A program made the position numbers and the translations under genes. A DNA stretch of 64,000 bases from an uncultured bacterium (GTDB lineage: Bacteria > Chlamydiota > Chlamydiia > Chlamydiales > JAJFMA01): positions 18,123-82,122 of the forward strand of contig CAYUJS010000002.1 of the NCBI GenBank assembly GCA_964445105.1, written 5' to 3'. Below, piece after piece: positions 56,432 to 64,000 of this stretch; the first letter of the stretch is position 1; every line of letters begins with the position of its first letter. The notes beneath the pieces were generated by a model that saw only the letters and a list, made by a program, of their open reading frames with translations, searched no databases and had not been told where the DNA came from.

Positions 56432-57095
56432 GTGAAGAAAAGTTAATTTTTTTCCCTAGCACCTCTTCAAAGGCGTAAAAACCTTTTTTGTCGACCACCC
56501 ACTCAGCCGCCCAAAGAGCTCCTTCAGCAAAAGTCTGACGGGAACGCACCGCGTGCGTCAGCGTAATCGTATCAGCTGACCCATCAAATCGCACCAGGTG
56601 CGTCCCCGGTACCTCCCCACAGCGTTCACTTGAAAATTGTAATGGCTCGTGCAAAGGCAAGCCCAATTTCTCGGTCAAAATCTCTGCCAACTTCTTGGCC
56701 GAGCCAGAAGGTTTATCTATCTTTTGGCGATGATGAATTTCGTGCCCGGAAACATCGTAGCTTGAGAATTCACGCAACAACCGCCCCGCCGCCGCTATCA
56801 GCTGATAAAATAGCTGCATCCCCAAACTAAAATTAGCTGCATAAACACAGCCAACCCCGCCGGCCTCGACTAGCTCTCTTACCGACGAACACTGTGCTTC
56901 CCAACCTGTCGTGCCGATCACCATCGGTTTACCAAGCTCCACCAACAAGCGTACGTTTTGCAGGACCGCATCGGGGCGCGTAAATTCCAAACAAACATCA
57001 GCTTCCTGAAGCGAGACGACCTCGTGTCCCCCCTCGATTGCCAAGCGCTCGATCGCACGTCCCATTTTTCCGTAACCAAGTAAACCGAACTTCAA
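56421..57095 (-). CDS. dapB: 4-hydroxy-tetrahydrodipicolinate reductase (short form)
   Basis: The N-terminal GYGKMG dinucleotide fold is present, with the substrate motif EIHHRQKIDKPSGSA (E.HH..K.D.PSG.A). A TTG start is implied by the track, so the exact start is uncertain. Confidence 0.8.
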   Translation of the reverse strand: MKFGLLGYGKMGRAIERLAIEGGHEVVSLQEADVCLEFTRPDAVLQNVRLLVELGKPMVIGTTGWEAQCSSVRELVEAGGVGCVYAANFSLGMQLFYQLIAAAGRLLREFSSYDVSGHEIHHRQKIDKPSGSAKKLAEILTEKLGLPLHEPLQFSSERCGEVPGTHLVRFDGSADTITLTHAVRSRQTFAEGALWAAEWVVDKKGFYAFEEVLGKKINFSSLIE

Positions 57096-57243
57096 TTCAA
57101 CCCCTCCACATTATAGGATAACCAAAGTATCAGGCTTTTTTATTGCGTACAATCTTCCTTATTCCCGCAAATTCATCACCTATGTTAGGCTACCGTGTAC
57201 ATCATTGCGCAAAACGCAAATTACTAATTAAACGGAGATTTTT

Positions 57244-59097
57244 ATGACAGGACCATTAGCGACAACAGCATCAGGTACTTTAACCAGCCACATGTTTTTT
57301 ACCCCAAGGCCAGGTGCGAGTCTTTCTTGGTATGTGCTCAATCATTCAGACCATTTTCTGCTTTCCAGGTTAGCTGTTGTTCCAGTCTGTTTTACCTCCA
57401 TTGTCGACCCACTTGCTGATATCGTTTGTGGTTCTTTCAGCGTCGGAAACAATCTCCTACATGGCCGTGTGAAGGCAGCGGCTGAAGACGCTACCGGCAC
57501 TTTTTGGCGCGTCCTGGCGAGATTGCCACTATGCTTCACCAATTTATCGACTTGCATCAACCCCGAATGGGCGCGCAGCGCCTTTCCAGAGGAGCTTAAA
57601 TCGAGTCAACCTCGCCGCAATATCGTGGCACTCTCGTACGAAATTGAATCTCAGGCTATTCAAAAAAAATTGGAGGCCGAGCATAAGCAAAGAGATATTA
57701 TCGATGCGATTAGCCCATTTTTGAGTGAAGCGCAAGTCAAAGAGCTCCTGAGTAGCGCTGGCATCGACCTACAGTACGAAAAAGCTGTTAACTTTTGCCT
57801 ACAGCGCCTCCAAGAATTCTATGCTAAACCAAATGTCGAAGTAGCCGTCGAAGAAGAAATAAGGCGCGTCTTAGAGCAATTACTGCCAATGCTGTCTCAG
57901 AAGCAGCAAGAGCAGCTGCAGGAGCAAAGCTCCTCCTCTGCGAGCAAACTCGAGTCTGCCTTAGAACTGTTTAGTGAAAATATCAAATACTCAAATAGTA
58001 ATTTACTAGAATTTGAGGAAGCGATTTTATCCAATATTAAATTGGCTCTGAAAGTAGAAGAACGAGAGCTTGTTCGAGGCAGCGTAGACGAACGCGTCGC
58101 TGTGATTACTAGGTTACTGCCTCCCGAAACCCAAGAAAAAATCGCCAAAGAACTTAATGTTAGCGCAAAGCTCGCTCTCCTTGTCGGCCACTTTGCTGAA
58201 GCCGCAGCAAAGCGCCCCGACCAGGTGGAAGCCCAAGCAGCGCCAGCCTTGAAAGACGAAGCCGAAAGAGAGCAAATGCAGAAAGAGCTAGCCGACGCTA
58301 AGCAAGAAGAGATAGAACTGAGAGCAGTATTAGAAGCGACTGTAAGAAAGGGCCACAGCCTGAAAGAAGAGCTGACAGCTGCACTGCGAGAGAGCAAACA
58401 GTCTCAGGAAGCACTAGTGGCCGCTAAGCAAGAAGAGATAGAACTGAGAGCAGTGTTAGAAGCGGCCGTAACAAAGGGCCACAGCCTGAAAGAAGAGCTG
58501 GCAGCTGCACTGCAAGAGAGCAAACAGTCTCGGGAAGCACTAGAGACTAGTTCTCAAAGAGAACAGCAAGCCCAAGAAAGAGTCTCACAATTGCAAGAGC
58601 AAATCCTGCAATTACAACAGCAAATAGCTGAGCGTATTGACGCAAACAAACAAGAGCCCAGCCAACCATTCACACCATTATCGCCCGCGCAGCAGACAGC
58701 CGTTGAGCTGAGCACCTCTAGTTCTTCGTCATCAAGCGCTTCGCCAATCGATGGTCCCCGATCGCTAGACGCGTTGCGCGCGAAGCTGACCCGCTTCCAA
58801 GAATTGGTGCGCGGTTTGACCAAGCAATCAAATATGGGCAAAGTCACCTACAAGATCACCGCGGAAATTTACGAAGAAGTTAGCCAGAACGTCTCGGAAT
58901 TAGCTTCCTTAGCGTCTAGTATTGCGGGCGAAGAACAGATCGTGCAACACAGGAAATCAATCGAGAGCGCCTGGGGGTTCGTAACGACCACAAAAGTAGG
59001 GAAAGATGGGGCGACCAGAAACATCCCACAAACGGTTCAAACTAAGCTCTCCACGGCTGTTAAAACTTTTTTGGATGGCTTGCCCAAGACAGAGTAA
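57244..59097 (+). CDS. large coiled-coil protein with a hydrophobic N-terminal region, an internal 42-aa tandem repeat and a poly-Ser tract
   Basis: 617 aa, E/K/Q/L/A-rich and heptad-like through most of its length. It contains STSSSSSSAS. The N-terminal 100 or so residues include the hydrophobic stretches LLSRLAVVPVCFTSIV and IVCGSFSV. I recognise no family. Confidence 0.6.
   Translation: MTGPLATTASGTLTSHMFFTPRPGASLSWYVLNHSDHFLLSRLAVVPVCFTSIVDPLADIVCGSFSVGNNLLHGRVKAAAEDATGTFWRVLARLPLCFTNLSTCINPEWARSAFPEELKSSQPRRNIVALSYEIESQAIQKKLEAEHKQRDIIDAISPFLSEAQVKELLSSAGIDLQYEKAVNFCLQRLQEFYAKPNVEVAVEEEIRRVLEQLLPMLSQKQQEQLQEQSSSSASKLESALELFSENIKYSNSNLLEFEEAILSNIKLALKVEERELVRGSVDERVAVITRLLPPETQEKIAKELNVSAKLALLVGHFAEAAAKRPDQVEAQAAPALKDEAEREQMQKELADAKQEEIELRAVLEATVRKGHSLKEELTAALRESKQSQEALVAAKQEEIELRAVLEAAVTKGHSLKEELAAALQESKQSREALETSSQREQQAQERVSQLQEQILQLQQQIAERIDANKQEPSQPFTPLSPAQQTAVELSTSSSSSSSASPIDGPRSLDALRAKLTRFQELVRGLTKQSNMGKVTYKITAEIYEEVSQNVSELASLASSIAGEEQIVQHRKSIESAWGFVTTTKVGKDGATRNIPQTVQTKLSTAVKTFLDGLPKTE
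58297..58548 (+). repeat. 2 x 126-bp tandem direct repeat inside the coiled-coil CDS
   Basis: GCTAAGCAAGAAGAGATAGAACTGAGAGCAGT... occurs at 58297 and again at 58423. I count about 10 mismatches in 126 nt. The repeat is in frame and encodes AKQEEIELRAVLEA.V.KGHSLKEEL.AAL.ESKQS.EAL. Confidence 0.9.
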
Positions 59098-59118
59098 TCG
59101 CTAACCAATCTTGACGTT

Positions 59119-59156
59119 AATGTGCGGACTTTAAAAACCCGCACATTTTTTCTTTT
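59119..59156 (+). terminator. rho-independent terminator downstream of the coiled-coil gene
   Basis: The stem AATGTGCGG (59119-59127) pairs with CCGCACATT (59139-59147) around an 11-nt loop, followed by TTTTCTTTTC. Confidence 0.7.
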
Positions 59157-59218
59157 CATTTAAAAACCTTACCTTGTATAATGATTTTTATATCTACAAA
59201 TCAACAAGGTGAAAACGC

Positions 59219-59914
59219 ATGCAAACAGTCCAGCAGAGAATAGCCCAATCGGCCGCTGTCAGCCACCTAAAAGCTTTTTTGCATATCCAAGTAGGCCCTC
59301 CAAGAGCATTCGTTGCGTTGCAAAAGTTCCAGGACAAGCTCTCTGGATCCGGCGAGTTTTCTGCGCAGCCGTTCACAGCACGTAAACGTACCGCCCGGTT
59401 ATATTCGCTGACATTCTATTGTCTCTCTGGCTTTTTGTTGCTACTTAGCTCGCTTGTTTTTTTGGGAGCCCCGAACTGGTTCTATGCGATGTATGTGGGC
59501 CACTCGTGGCTCATCAAGGCGCTAGTAGGAAGCTTTGGCGTAAGCTTAGCAGGAGCCTCGGCGGTAGTAGCTTTTCATCTTCGCCCGGAAAAGGAGGCGG
59601 CGGTTCTACTGGCCTCACGTGCAAGACGACGGTTAAGGCAGATATACCGGCTAAAGGCCACAGCTTTACCAAAATTGCCGGCAGCCCACCCTAACGGCAA
59701 GGACGAACGCATGAACCATCTCAAAGCCGCTTATGAAGACGCGAAAGCCCAGATTTTTGACATCACGGACGAAAACAACCTCTTGCTGGGACAGATCTCC
59801 AGGACACCTCATCTAGATCCTCCTGATAAGGAAAAACTATTTAACCAAGCGCTGAACGAGCTTGGTCGCCGACTGCAAGAGCTCGTGATCACCTTTCGAG
59901 ATAATCACAAGTAA
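59219..59914 (+). CDS. Inc-like membrane protein candidate (bilobed hydrophobic domain plus C-terminal coiled coil)
   Basis: 231 aa. The hydrophobic domain is LYSLTFYCLSGFLLLLSSLVFLG - APNWFYAMYVGHSW - LIKALVGSFGVSLAGASAVVAF, about 60 residues from the N-terminus. The C-terminus is helical and heptad-like. Confidence 0.6.
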   Translation: MQTVQQRIAQSAAVSHLKAFLHIQVGPPRAFVALQKFQDKLSGSGEFSAQPFTARKRTARLYSLTFYCLSGFLLLLSSLVFLGAPNWFYAMYVGHSWLIKALVGSFGVSLAGASAVVAFHLRPEKEAAVLLASRARRRLRQIYRLKATALPKLPAAHPNGKDERMNHLKAAYEDAKAQIFDITDENNLLLGQISRTPHLDPPDKEKLFNQALNELGRRLQELVITFRDNHK

Positions 59915-59935
59915 GGATAATATGGTCAGCTATAC

Positions 59936-60163
59936 CTACTCTTGTACGCCCCTGAGAGCCACCTGAGCCGCTAACATACCGGCCAACACACCCTCTTCGT
60001 AGCGAAAGAACGGATTACTTTCGAGCTCGACAAAATCATTCGGTTGGAGAAGATCGTCTGGGGTAAGATTAGGCACAAACTGCCTTCCCAGTACGAACAG
60101 CCGCTGTCGCTGATAGTCCAATAGATCGCTCATTATTTTTTCGGCATCAAGCCGCCCAATCAC
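59936..60163 (-). CDS. small conserved-looking hypothetical protein
   Basis: 75 aa. Its start overlaps the tadA stop by 4 nt, which suggests translational coupling. The composition is not low-complexity. Confidence 0.5.
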   Translation of the reverse strand: MIGRLDAEKIMSDLLDYQRQRLFVLGRQFVPNLTPDDLLQPNDFVELESNPFFRYEEGVLAGMLAAQVALRGVQE

Positions 60164-60666
60164 TCTACGCTCCTGCGTTCACGGTTCTCAACTCTTCGTT
60201 GCTCGAAAAATTGTTTGAGGAGCAAAGCAGCCGAATCTGCCAAGACTCCCTTCTCCACCTCTATAGTGTGGGTGGGGTGTTTTTTTGCCAGAAGATCGAC
60301 CCAGCTACCATTTGCCCCGTGCCGGATATCTGGTGCACCCCAGACAAGCCGCTTGATGCGCGCAAGCAACATAGCCCCTGCACACATACTACAGGGCTCT
60401 ATGGTACAGTACAACGTTGCCTTGCTTAGGCGCCATTCGTCAGCCGCGCCAGCCCCTGCGGAAAGACAGAGCATCTCCGCATGCGCGGTGGCGTCTTTCA
60501 GCATCTCCACCTGGTTATAGCCTCTCGCGATCACGCGCCCATCGCGCACCAAAACCGCGCCCACAGGTACCTCACGTGCTTGATAAGCCTTCCAGGCTTG
60601 TCTGAGCGCTTCTAACATGAAGCGCTCATCGTCAGATGAGGGATGATGCGAAAAGGGGAACGTCAT
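60160..60666 (-). CDS. tadA: tRNA adenosine(34) deaminase
   Basis: The CDA zinc motifs HAEMLC and TIEPCSMCAGAM are present. 168 aa. Confidence 0.9.
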   Translation of the reverse strand: MTFPFSHHPSSDDERFMLEALRQAWKAYQAREVPVGAVLVRDGRVIARGYNQVEMLKDATAHAEMLCLSAGAGAADEWRLSKATLYCTIEPCSMCAGAMLLARIKRLVWGAPDIRHGANGSWVDLLAKKHPTHTIEVEKGVLADSAALLLKQFFEQRRVENRERRSVE

Positions 60667-61337
60667 GCATGGCCAGCGAGCTTGCGCTGGAGCCGGGCCA
60701 CTTCGCGCTTCAGCATCTCAGTATCTTGTAAATACTTGCGCTCAAGCCCCGCAATGCGTTTTTCATACTTATCCTTACTTCTCGCCAGCTCTAGCTCCAG
60801 CGTGCGCATAGTGGTCTCTTCCTTTTTCACCCCGGCCTGCTGTTGCTCTTTCGCAGCGCGCTCGGCTGTCTCGCTTTCAGCCAGCTTCGCCAGCTGCTGC
60901 AGCGTCACAGAATCAAATACTACCGAGTTCAAAATCGTAAACAAGTATGTGAGAGTCGCGCCAAATTCTGCCACAGAAAGCTCCATAAGCGCCCTGCCCT
61001 GCTCCGGCTGCAGTTCCTCTAACTCAGTAAAGTTTGGATCTATTGTCTGCAACTGATTTTCAAAAAAATCATACATATCTGAGTGACGCAATAGCCAACG
61101 CGCGGTAATAAGCTGCCCTACCGCCTCGTCGCCTGCTTGTAAAGCTGCTGCGTAGCCGCGCGACATCGACTCTGTGCCCATCTTATTCAAAATTTTCACA
61201 TCGAAATATTGCTGAATGAAGCCCGGATTGCGGCGCAGATGATCATTCTTCAAATCCTTCTTGATCGACTCTATGATCGCCGGTAACCAACTTTGCAGCA
61301 TGGTAAATTTTTGTACATAGGTAGCATTTTTCAACAT
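60663..61337 (-). CDS. hypothetical protein with a C-terminal coiled coil
   Basis: 224 aa. Its stop overlaps the tadA start by 4 nt, so it is the first gene of a three-gene minus-strand unit. I recognise no family. Confidence 0.6.
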   Translation of the reverse strand: MLKNATYVQKFTMLQSWLPAIIESIKKDLKNDHLRRNPGFIQQYFDVKILNKMGTESMSRGYAAALQAGDEAVGQLITARWLLRHSDMYDFFENQLQTIDPNFTELEELQPEQGRALMELSVAEFGATLTYLFTILNSVVFDSVTLQQLAKLAESETAERAAKEQQQAGVKKEETTMRTLELELARSKDKYEKRIAGLERKYLQDTEMLKREVARLQRKLAGHA

Positions 61338-61420
61338 AATGCAAACATCCTTTCGTTAGCATAAAGACGGATATGAGCCTACATGAATAGTCGTTTTATG
61401 GACACCAGATCCTAACGTTC

Positions 61421-61577
61421 GAGCTGCTGCGCAGTCCTCAATGGCTCCCGCTAGAAAAAAGAAACCGAAGCCTCGTTTTGTTCCTCAGCCGTATTCAAGA
61501 GCGCGAATTCGTCGCAGGCTAAGCCCGCTGTCAGACCTTGCTGGGCCGGTTTCTTTTTATGGCTCCAGCAACTGCTC
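61421..61577 (+). repeat. MITE/REP-like element, copy E
   Basis: GGCTCCCGCTAGAAAAAAGAAACC ... GGTTTCTTTTTATGGCTCC, with outer GAGCTGCTG / CAACTGCTC. The core AGCCTCGTTTTGTTCCTCAGCCGTA, GCGAATTCG and CTAAGCCCGCTGTCAG aligns with copy A. Confidence 0.75.
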
Positions 61578-61652
61578 GGCCCGAATCGTGCTTGTTTTTT
61601 ATTCTTCATGCTAGTATGCTATTGTGAGATATGAGAAAACTGGGGGCTTTGA

Positions 61653-61922
61653 ATGACACTAGATAAAGGCACGAAAGAAGAAATCACTAAAAAGTTTCAG
61701 CTTCATGAGAAGGACACCGGCTCAGCAGACGTACAGATCGCTATTTTAACAGAGCGCATCACCGAGCTGACCGACCATCTGAAACGTTCGCCAAAAGACC
61801 ATGCGTCTAGGCTCGCCTTGTTAAAACTGGTGGGACAGCGCCGTCGCCTTCTTGACTACCTCAATTCTACAGACACTAAGCGCTACCAAGCGTTAATTAA
61901 GAAGCTAAACCTAAGAAGATAA
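61653..61922 (+). CDS. rpsO: 30S ribosomal protein S15
   Basis: 89 aa with [48 protein letters not shown]. It is followed by pnp, as in the conserved rpsO-pnp pair. Confidence 0.95.
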   Translation: MTLDKGTKEEITKKFQLHEKDTGSADVQIAILTERITELTDHLKRSPKDHASRLALLKLVGQRRRLLDYLNSTDTKRYQALIKKLNLRR

Positions 61923-61928
61923 TTTCTC

Positions 61929-61966
61929 GCTGGTCGCTGTTCTACGGCGATCAGCACTTGTTTTGT
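61929..61966 (+). terminator. hairpin plus T-rich tract after rpsO (terminator/attenuator in the pnp leader)
   Basis: GCTGGTCGC (61929-61937) pairs with GCGATCAGC (61947-61955) with one G-U pair, followed by ACTTGTTTTGTGG. The T-run is weak. Confidence 0.45.
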
Positions 61967-62093
61967 GGAGCTTGAGGACTCACTAGAGCTCAGAAAAACC
62001 TCTTCAATTGCTTGAAGGAGCTTTTCTGGATTCTATTATCGTTCTCCTCCGCACAGCATATCACAGCAATGCTAACGATTCAGGAGTGAATTC

Positions 62094-64000
62094 ATGCAAC
62101 ATCATACAAAAACAGTTACAGTAGGCAGACAAACCCTCATTTTTGAAACAGGCAAGATCGCAAGGCAGGCAAACGGGGCCGTCCTCTTGAAATCTGGCGA
62201 CACTGTCATCTTTTGCTCGGCTTGCGCCACACCAGAGCCTCTTCCCAATTGCGACTTTGTGCCGCTCAGAGTAGACTACCAAGAAAAATTCAGTTCAGCC
62301 GGCAAAACAGTCGGTGGGTTCTTTAAGCGTGAGGGGCGCCCTACAGAGCGCGAAACGCTCATCTCCCGCCTAATTGACAGGCCTATCCGCCCAATGCTCG
62401 AAGAGGGCTACCACCACGATACGCAAGTGCTCTGCTACGTGTGGTCCTATGACGGCGTAGACTCTCCCGATCCTTTAGCGATTTGCGCCGCCTCTGCAGC
62501 CTTAACCATCTCAGACATTCCACTCGTCAAGCCTTTGGGCGCTGTACGCGTCGGATTTATTGATGGCCAATTCGTGGTTAATCCTCAAATCAAGCAGATG
62601 GAGCAATCAAAGCTCGACCTGATGATTGCAGGTACGGAAGACGCTGTTCTGATGATCGAAGGCCATTGCGACTTTCTTACCGAAGAACAAGTGATCCAAG
62701 CCATCGCCGTGGGTCATGAAGGAATCCGCCTGATCACCACCGCTTTGAGTGAGTGGCAGAAAGAGGTAGGTAAAGAAAAGAACCGCTCTACGATCGTAAA
62801 GATTCCCGCCGACGTACGCAAAGCAGTGGCCGCTATTGCTGATAAGCCATTGACCGAAGCTCTGCGCTACACAGAGAAGAAAAAACGCGAAGAAGCTCAA
62901 AGCGCTGTCAAAAAGAGCGTAAAACAACAACTCCTGCCAGAAGGGCAAGCTCCGCTGTTCCCCGCTCAATATGTAGAACGAGCCTACAAAGACCTTTCCT
63001 CTCACCTCATGCGTCAAATGGTCCTCAATGAGGGCAAGCGCTGCGACGGACGTGGAACAAAAGAGATCCGAGCAATCGACATTGAGCCAACTCTGTTGCC
63101 TCGAGCACACGGTAGTGTGCTATTCACTCGTGGAGAAACGCAAACGGTCGCTGTTTGCACACTCGGCGGCGAAAACATGGCCCAGAGATTCGAAACGCTT
63201 GAATCTGAAGGCAGCCACCGCTTTTACCTGCAGTACACCTTCCCTCCTTTCTCAGTAGGCGAGGTGGGCCGCGTAGGAGCTCCTGGCAGACGCGAGATGG
63301 GGCATGGCAAACTTGCTGAGCGCGCCATTTTGGCCGCTTTGCCGCCTAAAGATAAGTTCCCTTACACAATCCGCGTGGAGAGCAACATCACAGAATCTAA
63401 CGGTTCTTCTTCAATGGCTTCCGTCTGTGGCGGTTGCCTGGCGATGATGGATGCAGGCGTACCTATCGAGAGACCTGTTTCAGGAATTGCGATGGGTCTA
63501 GTGCTAGAAAAAGATCGCTACGTCATTCTATCAGATATTTTGGGCGTGGAAGACGCCTTGGGCGATATGGACTTTAAAGTAGCCGGCGATAAAGAGGGCA
63601 TCACCTCTTTTCAGATGGATATCAAAGTAGAAGGCATCACACAAGAGATTATCGCTGCTGCCCTCCAACAAGCCAAAGAGGGACGTATCCATATTCTCAA
63701 TAAAATGCTGGAAGCAGTGCCTAAAGCCAGGGCCCTATCAGCCCACGCACCGCGCATGGAGCTCATCCGCGTTAAGCCTAGTAAGATTGCGACCATCATC
63801 GGCCCAGGCGGCAAACAAATTCGCGCCATCATTGAGCAAACAGGGGTGCAAATCGATATCAACGACGACGGGGTCATCAGCCTATCTGCGCCTTCCGAAG
63901 AGGCAATCAATAACGCTAAGGCCATTATTTTGGGGCTTACCGCCGAGATTGCCGTAGGAACGACCTACACCGGTAAAATTACCTCTATCGTGCCTTTCGG
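62094..64000 (+). CDS. pnp: polyribonucleotide nucleotidyltransferase (3' end beyond the window)
   Basis: It is not in the ORF track because no stop falls inside the window. From ATG 62094 (AGGAG lies 8 nt upstream) the translation reads MQHHTKTVTVGRQTLIFETGKIARQANGAVLL...FKREGRPTERE..SRLIDRPIRP. RNase PH domains follow, then the start of the KH/S1 region. The frame stays open to nt 64000. Confidence 0.95.
   Translation, partial: MQHHTKTVTVGRQTLIFETGKIARQANGAVLLKSGDTVIFCSACATPEPLPNCDFVPLRVDYQEKFSSAGKTVGGFFKREGRPTERETLISRLIDRPIRPMLEEGYHHDTQVLCYVWSYDGVDSPDPLAICAASAALTISDIPLVKPLGAVRVGFIDGQFVVNPQIKQMEQSKLDLMIAGTEDAVLMIEGHCDFLTEEQVIQAIAVGHEGIRLITTALSEWQKEVGKEKNRSTIVKIPADVRKAVAAIADKPLTEALRYTEKKKREEAQSAVKKSVKQQLLPEGQAPLFPAQYVERAYKDLSSHLMRQMVLNEGKRCDGRGTKEIRAIDIEPTLLPRAHGSVLFTRGETQTVAVCTLGGENMAQRFETLESEGSHRFYLQYTFPPFSVGEVGRVGAPGRREMGHGKLAERAILAALPPKDKFPYTIRVESNITESNGSSSMASVCGGCLAMMDAGVPIERPVSGIAMGLVLEKDRYVILSDILGVEDALGDMDFKVAGDKEGITSFQMDIKVEGITQEIIAAALQQAKEGRIHILNKMLEAVPKARALSAHAPRMELIRVKPSKIATIIGPGGKQIRAIIEQTGVQIDINDDGVISLSAPSEEAINNAKAIILGLTAEIAVGTTYTGKITSIVPF

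Noticed and set aside
8002-61577. The dispersed repeats, considered as a CRISPR array or as tRNA-derived or ribosomal repeats.
   Set aside because: The copies are tens of kb apart and not regularly spaced. They have inverted-repeat termini rather than direct repeat-spacer structure, and no cas genes are present. No CRISPR array exists in this window.

Overview
This 64-kb chromosomal window looks like a member of the phylum Chlamydiota, of the environmental-chlamydia type and GC-balanced by eye. No database search was possible. All calls rest on motifs read in the supplied translations, on synteny, and on nucleotide patterns read by eye.

The lineage markers are:
- a MurC-Ddl fusion protein
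- a tandemly duplicated UvrA of about 1900 aa
- the chlamydial dcw order murF-mraY-murD-(LysM protein)-ftsW-murG-murC/ddl-ftsQ
- a long LepB close to a type-2 IleS
- cdaA(dacA)-ybbR and cydAB
- small proteins with Inc-like bilobed hydrophobic domains

The core genes, in order, are: infB (5' partial)-rbfA-truB, lepB, a HAD hydrolase, ileS, an acyl-CoA thioesterase, cydAB, cdaA-ybbR, a GT1 glycosyltransferase, rsmE, pyk, uvrA, the dcw cluster, a delta-9-type desaturase, tRNA-Cys, rsmI, a FadL-like outer membrane protein, a recD2-like helicase, an HKD/PLD protein, dapB, tadA, and rpsO-pnp (3' partial).

The accessory or decaying content is:
1. A roughly 7.5-kb all-minus-strand island (3017-10160). 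It holds paralogous HyuA-like hydantoinase/oxoprolinase-family and DUF917 gene pairs, a CodB-like permease and a decayed extra copy.
2. A dispersed MITE/REP-like repeat of about 110-160 bp with A-run terminal inverted repeats. At least six copies are present, and one supplies the last codons and stop codon of uvrA.
3. An insertion in the dcw cluster between ftsW and murG. It carries a secreted two-HKD PLD-like gene, an IS66-type transposase remnant and an AT-rich tract.
4. A truncated Rpn/YhgA-type nuclease-transposase remnant.
5. An XRE-HTH pseudogene followed by non-coding debris, possibly a dead toxin-antitoxin module.
6. Secreted proteins of unknown function: a Cys/His-rich small protein, a possible papain/YopT-like Cys-His-Asp protein, and a coiled-coil protein with a 126-bp tandem repeat.
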